A stretch of 64,000 nucleotides of DNA from a virus (IMGVR_UViG_3300026522_000023:1-64000); one strand, 5' to 3'. Numbered from the stretch's first letter, positions 1 to 11,202 are shown. Numbers and translations: made by a program. The notes: a model not told the origin generated them from the letters alone.

Positions 1-582
1 AGCCTTTTAAATAATACTATAACAATGGTACGAGGTCCAGCCGGCTCAGGTAAAACTTATTTGAGTCTAGCATTCTTATTAAATTAGCTTGAAAAAGGCC
101 GCATTGATAAAATAATTATTTTCTGTAACACTATAGCTACTAAAAATTCTGCTAAATTAGGATATTATCCTGGAACTAGAGATGAAAAATTATTAGATTC
201 TCAAATTGGTAATTTATTAATCAGTAAATTTGGTGGAAGAATAGTAGTTGAACAAATGATTGAACAAGAAAAATTAATTCTTTTACCTTTAAGTGATATT
301 CGTGGTTATGATACCACTGGTATGTGTGCTGGTATTTATATTTCAGAAGCATAGAATATGGATATTTCTTTGATGAAATTAGCTTTACAACGTATTGGTA
401 GTGATAGTATTTGTATCATTGACGGTGATGATAAAACTTAGGTTGATGATATTTCATTTGCTGGTGCTAATAATGGTATGCGTAGAGCTTCTAAAATTTT
501 TAGAGGAACTAATGTATACGGTGAAATTGAATTAAAGAATATACATCGTTCTGCTATAGCACGCATTGCTGAAAATATGTGA
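1..582 (+). CDS. phoH: PhoH-family ATPase (5' partial)
   Basis: Frame 1 with TAG=Gln: GPAGSGKT Walker A, LGYYPG, IRG, ISEAQN (TAG 352-354), GDDKTQVD (TAG 439-441), IHRS; ends at TGA 580-582. Confidence 0.93.
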
Positions 583-588
583 TTTTAT

Positions 589-625
589 TTAGCCAAAAGA
601 GTTAAATTCTCTTTTGGCTAATTTT
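589..625 (+). terminator. Intrinsic terminator after phoH
   Basis: TTAGCCAAAAGAG-loop-CTCTTTTGGCTAA hairpin followed by TTTT. Confidence 0.7.
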
Positions 626-650
626 ATAGCCTTAAAAAGGAGGAATATAT

Positions 651-1955
651 ATGGCTTTTAAAATGAGAACAACTCGTCCAGAAGCTGGTAATAAATATTA
701 TATTACTAAAGCTAATGGTGGGTATTCTTATGCTATTAAAGGCAGTCCAACAGATAAATAGAATGATGTTTTAAGTAATTGTGTTGGATACGCATATGGT
801 CGTTTTAATGAAATCGGCGGATATGGATATTGTAAATATTTAAGTCCAGTTAATGCTGAACGTTTTCCACAATATAATAATACTGGTATTCCAATGGGAT
901 AGACTCCAAAGCTTGGAGCTTGTATGGTATGGCGAGGCGGCCCCACTTTAAATAGTGGAGACGGTGTTGGACACGTTGCTATTGTTGAAAAGATTTATAG
1001 CCCTACAAAAATTATGACTTCTGAGAGCGGCTGGGGCAGTAAAAATCCATTCTGGAATGCTACTCGTGAAAAAGGAAATGGTAACTGGGGTGCAGGCGCT
1101 GGATATAAATTTCTTGGATTTATTTATAATCCAGCAGTAACAGACACTGGAGACGTTGATACTGATACAAGTAACCAATATGGATTTGGTAAAACTAATA
1201 GTCCTTTAGTTAATTATACTAAGATTAGTCCTAATAAAACCAGTCCTCGTAATCATGTAATTGATACTGTTACAATTCATTGTGTAGTTGGACAATGTTC
1301 TGTTGAAGCTCTTGGAAACATATTTGCGCCGACATCAAAACAGGCTTCTTCTAATTATGGTATTGGCCCTGATGGTAGAATTGGTATGTATGTTGAAGAA
1401 AAAGATCGTTCATGGTGTTCTTCTAATGCAGCTAATGATAATCGTGCTATTACCATTGAAGTAGCTAGTGATACTACAAGTCCATATGCCGTTACTGATA
1501 AAGCATATGCGGCTTTAATTAAACTTCTAGTTGATATTTGTAAAAGAAATAATATAAAAAAATTAGTATGGTCTACTAATAAAAATGATAGAGTAAATCA
1601 TTTAAATGGATGTAATATGACAGTTCATAGAGATTATGCTAATAAATCTTGTCCCGGCGAATATTTATATAATCGTCATGGAGATATTGCTGCTAAGGTT
1701 AATGCTTAGCTTGGAGTTGTTGAGGAGGATGAAGATATGACACAAGAAACATTTAATGAAATGATGAATAATTATTTAATTGAATTAGCTGAAAAAAATC
1801 CTAATACTTATTCTACAGATGCTCGTGCTTGGGCAGAAAAAAATGGATATATTAAAGGTGACGAAAAAGGCCGTAAAATGTATAAGAAGTTTATGACTCG
1901 TGAAGAAATGATTACAGTTTTATATCGTATTTTAAAGGATAAATCTTTAATATAA
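651..1955 (+). CDS. Modular endolysin: CHAP + N-acetylmuramoyl-L-alanine amidase (Amidase_2) + SLH-like C-terminal domain
   Basis: AAGGAGG RBS, ATG 651; in-frame TAGs at 759, 900, 1707 join track ORFs 924-1709 and 1737-1955; NCVGYA...GHVAIVE (CHAP), TIHCVVG/SSNYGIG/AITIEVA/VHRDYANKSCPG (amidase), WAEKNGYIKG...MTREEM (SLH-like). Confidence 0.9.
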
Positions 1956-2371
1956 TGAGACATAGAAAAAATAAAAAAGAATTTTCTAAAAGTTTATTGA
2001 TTCAAGAATCTGCTTTAATTTGGATTACAAGTTTAGCCTATATTGTATTAGCATTTTATTGTATTAGTAATGGTTATACAGGATCATTGCCTTGGATTAC
2101 AGCAAGTGCTAGTCTTCCTTGGGCAGCTTATGGAGTAAGCCAAGTTTTTTATTATAAAAAATCAATGATTGAAAATTCTAAAAATGGTATTAAATATGAA
2201 ACAGTATTAAAAGAATTAGATCAAGCTTATGATAAATATCATAATATGACTTCTAATAATACCGATTTCAATGAAGTTTTGAACGATTTATTTAATTCTT
2301 CAAGTAGTAATACTACGACTTATACTGATACACAAGATAGTTCAATTTTAAATACTGATTATGGTATTTAA
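1955..2371 (+). CDS. Two-TM membrane protein, putative holin
   Basis: Overlaps the lysin stop; basic N-terminus, two hydrophobic helices, FYYKKS..EN motif. Confidence 0.6.
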   Translation: MRHRKNKKEFSKSLLIQESALIWITSLAYIVLAFYCISNGYTGSLPWITASASLPWAAYGVSQVFYYKKSMIENSKNGIKYETVLKELDQAYDKYHNMTSNNTDFNEVLNDLFNSSSSNTTTYTDTQDSSILNTDYGI

Positions 2372-2372
2372 T

Positions 2373-2412
2373 AAATAAAGGATAGCCTAATAGGCTATCC
2401 TTTATTTTTTTT
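2373..2412 (+). terminator. Intrinsic terminator closing the lysis unit
   Basis: AAATAAAGGATAGCCT-AAT-AGGCTATCCTTTATTT followed by a T run. Confidence 0.85.
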
Positions 2413-2480
2413 TATTCAAATTAATTTATCTATTAATATAGTAAAATATTTTTTTCTTTCTGTCAAATTTGATATAAATT

Positions 2481-2509
2481 TTGACTTTTATAATTATTTA
2501 TTATATAAT
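2481..2509 (+). promoter_or_regulatory. SigA/sigma70-type promoter for the gyrB operon
   Basis: TTGACT-17 nt-TATAAT. Confidence 0.8.
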
Positions 2510-2539
2510 ATTTATAGAAAAAATAAAAGGAGAATTAGT

Positions 2540-5500
2540 ATGTCTAATTAGATTACAAATTATGGCGTAAAAGACATAAAAACTCTTGAAGGTATTGAAG
2601 CCATTAGACTTAGACCAGGTATGTATATTGGTTCTATTGGGCCTGATGGAGTTAGACATATTACGCTCGAAATTATTTCTAATGCTGTTGATGAATACTT
2701 AAATGGATATTGTACTGAATGTAATATTCAAGTTACAAATGATAATAATATTACTATTTCTGATAATGGACGTGGCGTTCCCTTTGGAAAAGCTAAAGAT
2801 GGTAGTGAAACTTTAGTAAATATTTATACTAAGTTACATACTGGCGCAAAGTTTGACTCTAATGGTCGCACAGGATATAACACTTCTGGTGGTATGAATG
2901 GTGTAGGTGCGAAAGCTACAAATGCGTTATCAGAATCTTTTACTGTTACTTCAATTAGAGATAATAAAGTAGCATATGCTTCTTTTAAAGAAGGTAAGTT
3001 ACTTAAATATGAAGTAACTAATGATATTAATAAATATAATTTTAAAACTGGAACTATTGTAAGTTTTATTCCTGATTCAAAAATCTTTAAAGAAGGAATT
3101 GATTTAGACTATACTGCTTTAAAGAAACAAATTCAAGAATTAGCTTATCTATCTCCTGGATTAAAATTTACATTAAAATACAAAGATAAAGAAGAAGAAA
3201 TTATTCAATCTAATAATGGTATTCTTGACTATATTAAAGATTTAAATAATAATAAAAATACTTTAACTTCTGTATTTTACACTGAAAATATTGAAGATAG
3301 AATTGGTGTTAAGATTGCTTTACAATATAATGATACTTATATTGATACTTATAAGCTTTATACTAATTCTATTCCAAATAGTGGCGGCACTCATTTAACT
3401 GGATTTAGAACTGCTTTAACAACTTCTATCAATGATTATGCTCGTGAAAAAAATCTTTTGAAAGAAAAAGATAGCAATATTACAGGCGAAGAATTAAAGG
3501 AAGGTTTAACTTTAGTTCTTTCTTTTATTATGCCTGATCCAGTATTTTCTGGACAAACTAAAGATGTTTTATCCAGCAGCGAAGCAAGAACTATTGTTCA
3601 AAGATTGGTTTCTAAAGATTTAAAGACTTGGTTAGAAGGCAATCCAAAAGACGCAAAAGCAATTGTAGATAAAGCATTATTGGCACGCGCTGCTCGTGAA
3701 AAGGCAAAGAAAGCAAAAGAAACAGTGCGTAAAGTCGATAATAAACGTCGAGTAGTAATGCCAGATGTTCTAGCAGATGCTTCTTCTAAAGAACGTTATA
3801 AATGTGAAGTTTTCCTTGTAGAAGGTAAATCTGCTGCAGGTTCGACAAAAGAAGCACGAAATCGTTCTACTCAAGCAGTATTCCAATTACGCGGTAAGAT
3901 TTTGAATGTTTTAAAAGCTGATTTGCATAAAGCATTACAGAATAAAGAAATTAGTGGAATGATTGATGCTTTTGGACTTGAAGTAAAAGATGGAAAAGTT
4001 ATTTTAGATGAATCTAAATTACGATATGGCAAGATTATTATCACCGCTGATGCAGACGTCAGTAAAACGGCGTATGAAAGACTTTTCGCCTAATCAGGCG
4101 GGTAAAAATTTTTGGACAAATCATATTTATGGGACCCATACGGCTCTCATATAAATATGAAAGAGAAGAAAATTTTTGCTAACGGGGAATCCTAAACTTA
4201 AAATAGCATGGAAATCCCGTGGGAAACAAATATTTATCCATTCTCTTTTAGTAAACATAAAGGAGAATAAAAATGATAGGAATTTATAAAATTACTGAAA
4301 AAGAAAATCCTACAATGTTCTATGTAGGAAAGTCAAATGATATAGAGAGAAGATTTAAAGAGCATATTCAAAAATCTTATGCTCAATCAAGAATCCCTTT
4401 TGATGATTATATTAGCGAAAAAGGAAAAGATGCTTTTACATATGAAGTATTAGAAGAGTGTTCTTTGGAAGAATTAAATCTTAAAGAAAAATATTGGATA
4501 GATAAACTTGAAGCAACTAAATCTGGCAATAAATTTGATGGCGGATTGACAGATGTTGTTGGGTCTAATAACCCAAAAGCAAAATTAACTGAACAAGATG
4601 TCATTGAAATTAGAAAAGCTTATAATAATCATCAAAAACAAAAAGATGTTTATGAAAAATATAAAGATATTATTTCTTTTGGTTATTTTCAAAGTCTGTG
4701 GCAAGGGCGCTCATGGGCACATATAATGCCAGAGGTGTTTACAAAAGAAAATAAAGAATACTATATTTTTCAAAATAGTAAGGGAGCAAATAGCGCAGCA
4801 GCCAGTTTTTCTAATGAAGAAATTCTTGAAATTAGAAAAAGATATGTTAAAGAAAGCGCAAAAGAAATTTATCAAGATTATCAAGGGCGTGTATCCTATC
4901 AGACGTTCCAAGAAATCTTATGGGGAAGAAGATATAATAATCTTCCTATATATAAAAAAAGAGAAAAGAAATGGATAAATATTTGAACCTGTATCGACTA
5001 TCCCCTAAGCCTTCTGGGCAGGGGAGTAGGGCAACTATTGATACGTTGCGAGGTTTTAGGAAACGAAGCCTCTCTCAAACCGAAATGGCCTCCTCTCTAA
5101 GTTAGAGAGTAAAAGATAGTCAGTGCTTATAGAAATATAAGAGTAACACGCGATGGCAGTCATATTCGTATTTTGTTCTTAACTTTTATTTGGAAATTCT
5201 GTCCAGAGTTAATTGAAAAAGGATATATTTATGCGGCAGTTCCTCCTCTTTATAAGGCTACTATTGGAACAAAAATTCAATATCTAAAAGATGATGACGC
5301 ATTAGAGAAATTCCGCAAAAATACAACTAAGAAATTTGAACTTGGTCGTATGAAAGGCCTTGGTGAAATGGATCCTCCTGAGATGGAAGAAACAGTTATG
5401 AATCCTGAGACAAGAACTTTAAAACAAATTACTATGGAAGATGCAACTGCTGTTGCTAAGACTTTTATGAGTTTAATGGGCGAAGCAGTAACTCCAAGAA

Positions 5501-5547
5501 AAGATTTTATCGAAAAGAACGCAGAAAGGGCTAACATTGATGTTTAA
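2540..5547 (+). CDS. gyrB: DNA gyrase/topoisomerase II subunit B, split by a group I intron (exons 2540-4059 and 5151-5547)
   Basis: MSNQ(TAG)ITNYG..LEGIEAIRLRPGMYIG, NAVDE, DNGRGVP, GGMNGVG, EGKSA, LRGKILN; splicing restores the TOPRIM motif DADV-DGSHI; KGLGEM in exon 2. Confidence 0.95.
4060..5150 (+). ncRNA. Group I self-splicing intron in gyrB
   Basis: 5' exon ends in U with a P1 U.G pair (ACGU/GCGU); intron ends in G; core GCTAACGGGGAA...CCCGTGGGAAAC and GAACCTGTATCGACTAT...GATAGTC (P7 GACTAT/ATAGTC); removal restores frame and motif. Confidence 0.93.
4273..4986 (+). CDS. Intron-encoded GIY-YIG homing endonuclease
   Basis: IGIYKIT...FYVGKS..IERRFKEH...E catalytic signature; C-terminal AKLTEQDVIEIR helical repeats; looped out by the CAAATATTTATCCA/TGGATAAATATTTG stem. 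Confidence 0.92.
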   Translation: MIGIYKITEKENPTMFYVGKSNDIERRFKEHIQKSYAQSRIPFDDYISEKGKDAFTYEVLEECSLEELNLKEKYWIDKLEATKSGNKFDGGLTDVVGSNNPKAKLTEQDVIEIRKAYNNHQKQKDVYEKYKDIISFGYFQSLWQGRSWAHIMPEVFTKENKEYYIFQNSKGANSAAASFSNEEILEIRKRYVKESAKEIYQDYQGRVSYQTFQEILWGRRYNNLPIYKKREKKWINI

Positions 5548-5770
5548 TATTGAAGCAATAGTTTTACACCCCGGTGATACTTTATTAGCTCATGTCAGTG
5601 ATAGAGTATCACCTGATATGGCCCGATAGATTTATTAGTCATTAACTCAACTATTTCCTTCTAATTAGGTAAGCCTTATTAATAATGAATTAGTAGAAGG
5701 ATTTACTGTATTTACTAACAAAATAGATACGAATCCATTTTTAATTAACTTGGAGGATTTATGCTAGTAA
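5540..5770 (+). CDS. Hypothetical protein (76 aa)
   Basis: Open with TAG=Gln; overlaps the gyrB stop and the rnhA start. Confidence 0.6.
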
Positions 5771-6225
5771 TTTATACTGACGGATCTTGTTCTAAAAACG
5801 GTTCTATAAATAATAATGGCGGTTTTGGTGTAGTAGTAGTTAAAGATGAACATTTAATTGCTACTTATAGCAAAATGTCTCAAAATACAACAAATAACAA
5901 AGAAGAATTAAAAGCAATTTTATATGCGTTAATCCAATATGGAGACGAACCAAATGTTGTGGTTTACAGTGATTCTAATTACTGTGTTAATACTTTTACT
6001 AAATGGATGTATTCGTGGCAACGAAATAATTGGATTAAAAGTGATAAAAAATCACCAGAAAATTTAGATTTGATTAAAACTTATTATGATTTAACTACAA
6101 CTGGAGAAAGAACAATTGATTTAAGAAAAATTCAAGGACATTCTGGCCATATATGGAATGAATTGGCTGACCAATTAGCCACAGGCAAGATTAGTCCAGA
6201 GGAGGCTATGAAGAAATATGGGTGA
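5761..6225 (+). CDS. rnhA: Ribonuclease HI
   Basis: IYTDGSC, TTNNKEEL, YSDSNY, NLDL, GHSG..WNELADQLA. Confidence 0.95.
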   Translation: MLVIYTDGSCSKNGSINNNGGFGVVVVKDEHLIATYSKMSQNTTNNKEELKAILYALIQYGDEPNVVVYSDSNYCVNTFTKWMYSWQRNNWIKSDKKSPENLDLIKTYYDLTTTGERTIDLRKIQGHSGHIWNELADQLATGKISPEEAMKKYG

Positions 6226-8593
6226 AATTTTACAAACTCCAATTATTCATGAAGTAGAACAATCATTCCTTGATTATAGTCTAAGTGTTATTACAGATAG
6301 AGCTATTCCTTCTGCTGAAGATGGATTAAAGCCAGTAGCAAGACGAATTTTATGGGATATGTTCGATAAAGGATATTTTAATAATAAGAAATTCGTTAAG
6401 TGTGCTCAGCCAGTAGGAGATACAATGGGTCGATTCCATCCTCATGGTGATAGTTCTATTTATGGAGCATTAGTATGGTTAAGTCAGCCATGGAATATGC
6501 GTTATCCTTTAATCTCTTTCCATGGAAATAATGGTAGCCGCGATGGAGATGAAGCCGCAGCTTATCGTTATACTGAATGTAAATTATCTAAAATGGGCGA
6601 AGAAATGCTTGCCGATATTAAGAAAAACACTTCTGATTGGCAATTAGCATATACTGATGAAGAGGAAGAACCTATATATTTGCCGGGACGTATTCCTAAT
6701 CTATTAGTTAATGGTACTTCTGGTATTGCAGTTGCTATGGCTTGTTCTTTTGCCCCTCATAATTTAAATGAAGTTATGGATGCTGCTAAATATCTTTTGG
6801 ATAATCCCACTTGTGAAGTTAAAGATTTATTAACTTTTATTAAAGGCCCTGATTTCCCAACAGGTGGAATAATTATTAATAAAGATGAATTATTAAATAC
6901 CTATATTACTGGTAAAGGGCGCGCTCGAATCCGTGGAGAATATACTATTGAAAGCAATAAAGGACAAGATAGTATTGTATTTACCAGTATTCCTTATAAA
7001 GTATCTAAAACTCAATTAATTTTAGATATTGATAAATTATGTGAAGATGGAACTCTTGAAGGTATTACAGCAATTCGTGACGAAAGTAATATTCAAGGCG
7101 TTCGTTTTGTAATTGAATTGGCAAAGGGCGTTTCTGCTGAACCTATTATTTCAAAATTATTTAAAAATACTCGTTTAGAAGATACTTATAGTATTAATCA
7201 AGTCGCATTGGTTAATAAAAAGCCTGAAGTACTTAATCTTAAACGACTATTGGAAATTTATAATGAACATCAAAAAGATGTTTTAATTAGAAAGACTAAT
7301 TTTGAAGCAGAAAAAATTCGTGCTAGAATTCATATTTTAGATGGATTATTAATTGCTCTTGAAGATATTGATAATGTTATTGCGTTAATTAAAAAGAGTG
7401 AATCTGCGGCAGCAGCAAAAGTTAATTTAATTAATCAATATAATTTGTCAGAAGCCCAAGCAAAGGCAATTCTTGATATGAAATTAGCTAAATTAGCTAA
7501 ATTGGAAAAAGTTGAAATCCAAGAGGAAAAGAATAATTTAGTTAAAGAATTAGACCATTTAAATAATATCTTAGCTAATCCAATCCCTGAAATGAAAAAT
7601 ATTTATACAGAGATTGAGAAAAATTATGGCGATGAACGTCGTAGTACAATTACTCAAGTAGCGATTACTAAAGAAGAAAAAGAGATCGAATTTGTTGAAC
7701 CCGAAAAATGTGTTGTTGTAATGACTGAAGGTGGTAGTATTAAACGAATTCCTACTTCTTCATTCCGCACTCAAAAGAAAAATGGCAAAGGTATTAAATC
7801 TCAGGATGATATTACTTCTTGCGTATTAAGAACAAATACTATTGATAATTTAATGATTTTCTCTGATAAAGGGATTATGTATCGTCTATTGGTAGATAAT
7901 ATTCCTGTTGGTACAAACACCTCAGTAGGTCAATCTATTAAATCTTTAGTAAATATGGCAGTTGATGAAAATCCTGCGACAATGTATTCTATTTATAGAG
8001 ATACTAATGCTAAATATGTTTTATTTACAACTAAAAATGGTTTGGTAAAAAAGACTACTTTAGATGAATATATTAAAACTAAAAAGAAAACCGGTATTGC
8101 GGCCATCGCTCTTAGAGAAAATGATAGATTGGCTTCAGTATCATTAATTGATAATGAACCTATTTTGTTATTAACTAAAAATGGTTATATTATTAGATTT
8201 AATTCATCTGAAATTACACCAACATCCAGAAGTACATATGGCATTAAAGGTATTACTCTGAGTGAAGGTGATGAAGTTGTAATGGCTTTACCGATTCGCC
8301 ATGATACTGATAATCTAGCTGTTTTTACAACCGGAGGAATGGGCAAAAAAGTTCCATTAACTGAAATTACAATTCAAAAGCGTGGCGGTAAGGGATTATA
8401 TATTTATAAACCAACTACGAGCACTGGGAATGTAATTTCAGCTTCTTTAATTGATGATAATGATAATTTATTGATTAGCGGCAATAGTGCGTCTATTTGT
8501 ATTTCTGCGAAAGATATTCCAGTATTAGGTCGTACTTCTATTGGTAATCAAATGATTAAAAGCGGGTCAATTAAATCTGTAACCAAGGTTTAA
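6218..8593 (+). CDS. gyrA: DNA gyrase/topoisomerase IV subunit A
   Basis: RAIP..DGLKPV.RR, FHPHGD, AAAYRYTE (catalytic Tyr), GPDFPTGG, beta-pinwheel CTD with QKKNGKG and QKRGGKG. Confidence 0.95.
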   Translation: MGEILQTPIIHEVEQSFLDYSLSVITDRAIPSAEDGLKPVARRILWDMFDKGYFNNKKFVKCAQPVGDTMGRFHPHGDSSIYGALVWLSQPWNMRYPLISFHGNNGSRDGDEAAAYRYTECKLSKMGEEMLADIKKNTSDWQLAYTDEEEEPIYLPGRIPNLLVNGTSGIAVAMACSFAPHNLNEVMDAAKYLLDNPTCEVKDLLTFIKGPDFPTGGIIINKDELLNTYITGKGRARIRGEYTIESNKGQDSIVFTSIPYKVSKTQLILDIDKLCEDGTLEGITAIRDESNIQGVRFVIELAKGVSAEPIISKLFKNTRLEDTYSINQVALVNKKPEVLNLKRLLEIYNEHQKDVLIRKTNFEAEKIRARIHILDGLLIALEDIDNVIALIKKSESAAAAKVNLINQYNLSEAQAKAILDMKLAKLAKLEKVEIQEEKNNLVKELDHLNNILANPIPEMKNIYTEIEKNYGDERRSTITQVAITKEEKEIEFVEPEKCVVVMTEGGSIKRIPTSSFRTQKKNGKGIKSQDDITSCVLRTNTIDNLMIFSDKGIMYRLLVDNIPVGTNTSVGQSIKSLVNMAVDENPATMYSIYRDTNAKYVLFTTKNGLVKKTTLDEYIKTKKKTGIAAIALRENDRLASVSLIDNEPILLLTKNGYIIRFNSSEITPTSRSTYGIKGITLSEGDEVVMALPIRHDTDNLAVFTTGGMGKKVPLTEITIQKRGGKGLYIYKPTTSTGNVISASLIDDNDNLLISGNSASICISAKDIPVLGRTSIGNQMIKSGSIKSVTKV

Positions 8594-8598
8594 AGAAT

Positions 8599-8637
8599 AA
8601 CCGGAGGAGAAATAAATTCTCCTTCGGTTGATTTTTT
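8599..8637 (+). terminator. Terminator after gyrA, overlapping the next promoter
   Basis: AACCGGAGGAGAA-loop-TTCTCCTTCGGTT then a T-rich tract. Confidence 0.75.
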
Positions 8638-8656
8638 GAAATTTTTTTTATATAAT
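8628..8656 (+). promoter_or_regulatory. SigA-type promoter for the ligase
   Basis: TTGATT-17-TATAAT. Confidence 0.7.
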
Positions 8657-8690
8657 ATTATTAAAGATAAGAAATATGGAGAAATTTTAA

Positions 8691-9899
8691 ATGAGTTTTT
8701 CAAAAGAATTATTAGACAAATATGCACCTGAAGCAGAATGTATTCAGGCAATGAAAATTTGGAAATTACCGGATGGAAAAGAAAATTTATTTCCAAATGC
8801 TTGTAATAGTGGTGATTATTTTGCTGAATTAAAAAAAGATGGTTATTGGTATGAATTTGAAAAAACTGATAATTATGAATATTTATTTAGTAGAAATGTT
8901 AGTGCTACAACAGGAATTTTAACTGAAAAATTAGCTAATGTTCCTCATATTCAAGAAGCTCTTAAAATTCTTCCATGCGGTACTATCTTAATTGGTGAAA
9001 TTTATTATCCAGGCAAAACTTCTAAAGATGTAACTAAAATTATGGGATGTTTAGCGTCAGAAGCGATAAGACGTCAGCAAACTAGCGGATTAATTCATTT
9101 TTATTTACATGATATTATTAAGTTTAACGGATTTGATTTACAAAAAGAGGGTGCTTGGACACGCTATTAGGTGCTGGTATCAGTTTGGAATAAATATAAT
9201 TTAAGTCAATATCCTTTTATGGAATTAGCAGAAGCAGTTGAGAATAATATTCAAGAATTTACTGCGGAAGCTTTATCTAATGGAGAGGAAGGAGCTGTCT
9301 TAAAAAAGAGAGATGCTCCATATGCTCCAGATAAAAGACCAGCTTGGTCTTCAATTAAAATTAAAAAAATGGATTTCTTAGATTGTATTTGTATTGGATT
9401 TGAGGATGCAACTCATTATTATGATGGAAAAGAAATTGAAACATGGCAATATTGGGAAGTAAAAAGTCCAATATTTTATGATTGTTTTGAAGAAGATCAT
9501 CGCTTTAATGGGTGGTCAGAGCCACGATTAGTAAAAGGAAGCTTTTATCAAAATTATTTGAAGAATCCTCCTGCTAATGGAAGTAATTTTTTAGAAGATA
9601 ATGAAAAGTATTATCAACCAGTAACAAAAGGATACTATTATGGATGGAAGACATCTATGAAGTTAGGCGCCTTGGATGATAAAGGAAACATAGTTGAAAT
9701 AGGCACTGTTTCATCTGGATTAACAGATGAATTAAAAGAAAAATTTTCAACAAATCCAGAATTATATATTAATAAAGTAGTTTCTATTCAATGTATGGAA
9801 GTAAATAAAAATGACCATACATTACGTCATGCTTTTTTTAAAGGATTTAGAGAAGATAAAGATTTAAAAGATTGTAAATTAGAGGACATATTTAACTAA
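8691..9899 (+). CDS. ATP-dependent DNA ligase
   Basis: ELKKDG (motif I), LIGEIY, FYLHDI, EGAVLK, IKIK, IGTVSSG, LRHAFF; TAG 9168-9170 read through. Confidence 0.9.
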
Positions 9900-9948
9900 T
9901 CTTTCTTCATAGATATTTAAATATTTATGAAGAAAGGTGGTAAATATT

Positions 9949-10527
9949 ATGCTAAAACCAGGATAGAAACAGAAGCCTTAGAGGTTAGGAACTAAAAGAA
10001 GATTAAATTTAAAAGATTAGACTTTTGGGAAATTAACTGTTATTGATGTTGGTCCTTTAGATAAAAATGGATGTTACACTTGGCTATGCTAGTGTGATTG
10101 TGGGAATTTAAAATATGTAAGAGGGTCTAGTTTAAAAAATGGTAATACCAAAAGTTGTGGATTATGTTCGCATGATTCATTTGGAATTTCAAAAATAAAA
10201 GAAATTTTAACTAATAATAATATACAATTTGTATAGGAAAAATCTTTTGATAATTTTTATTATGAAATAAGTAAAAAACCAATTAAATTTGATTTATATG
10301 TTAATGATACATATATTATTGAATTTGATGGAAAACAACATTTTACTTATGATTCAACTGGTTGGAATACTAAGGAAAATTATTTAAAAACTAAAGAACG
10401 AGATTAGTTACGAAATGAATATTGTAAAACAAATAATATTCCTTTAATTAGGATACCTTATACTATTATCAATTAGATTACTTTAGAAGATTTAGTTCCA
10501 TCAACGTCTATTTATTTGTTAAAATGA
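9949..10527 (+). CDS. Free-standing putative homing endonuclease: Zn-ribbon (CxCxCG..SCG) + Vsr/DUF559-like PD-(D/E)XK domain
   Basis: Visible only with TAG=Gln: FGKLTVI..WLCQCDCGN..TKSCG, FDLYV..IIEFDGKQH, YCKTNNIPLIRIPY. Confidence 0.85.
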
Positions 10528-10530
10528 TTT

Positions 10531-10571
10531 ATAAGAATCTTGAAGATTGTACTTTGAGCGCATTATTTTGA
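10531..10571 (+). pseudogene. Relic of a former ligase C-terminus
   Basis: Translates KNLEDCTLSALF*, paralleling the ligase end KDLKDCKLEDIFN*. Confidence 0.6.
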
Positions 10572-10596
10572 CAAAAAGAAAAAAATATTGTAAAAT
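10568..10596 (+). promoter_or_regulatory. SigA-type promoter
   Basis: TTGACA-17-TAAAAT. Confidence 0.7.
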
Positions 10597-10629
10597 AAAT
10601 TTGTAAAAATTAAGGATGAAATTTTTTAA

Positions 10630-10830
10630 ATGAAAACTAAAGAACTCAAGAATTTAGCTAAAAAGATTGCTTAGGCTGAATTAGTTGTTCAAACTAGCAC
10701 TGATAAAGATTAGATTCATAAAGCATAGAACTAGATTATGGAATACTCAAGTCATGTTGATAGTTTGGAAGATATTACCATTATTGATGAAATGGTTCAA
10801 GAAATTCTTAGCAAAACTCTTGACAAATAA
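10630..10830 (+). CDS. Hypothetical protein (66 aa)
   Basis: MKTKELKNLAKKIAQ..., several TAGs, ends at TAA. Confidence 0.7.
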
Positions 10831-10848
10831 AAAAATTTTTGATATAAT
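10820..10848 (+). promoter_or_regulatory. Strong SigA-type promoter with extended -10
   Basis: TTGACA-17-TATAAT with TG. Confidence 0.85.
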
Positions 10849-10923
10849 ATTTACATAAGCTAAAGGCTTAAAGAAAAAAATTAAAAAAATTATTTATGTA
10901 TTTTAAAAGGAGATTTATTTATT

Positions 10924-11190
10924 ATGATGAAGGAAAATTCTAAGAAAGTTTTGAATTATTTGAAGGAAGTCAATGGCCAGGACGTTACTGCTGCTGATGT
11001 TGCTGCTGCTCTCGGTCTTGAAAAGCGCTCTGTTGATGGTATTTTTACCTCTGCTATTCAGCGCAAGGGCCTTGGTGTTCGTACCGCTGCTGAAATCGAG
11101 ATTGAAGATGGAACTCACAAGTAGGTTAAGTTCCTTTCTCTTACCCCAGCCGGTATGAGTTTTGACCCTGATGCTCCCGACGCTGAGTAA
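10924..11190 (+). CDS. Small winged-helix DNA-binding protein
   Basis: KVLNYLK..VTAADVAAALGLEKRSV..; TAG 11122 read through to LTPAG; AAGGAG RBS. Confidence 0.8.
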
Positions 11191-11202
11191 TTAAGATATA
11201 TT

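Noticed and set aside
4060-4093. gyrB ending in SKTAYERLFA, with gyrB as two separate genes (similarly dnaB ending at 18650)
   Set aside because: These tails are read-through into intron sequence; splicing restores the conserved motifs
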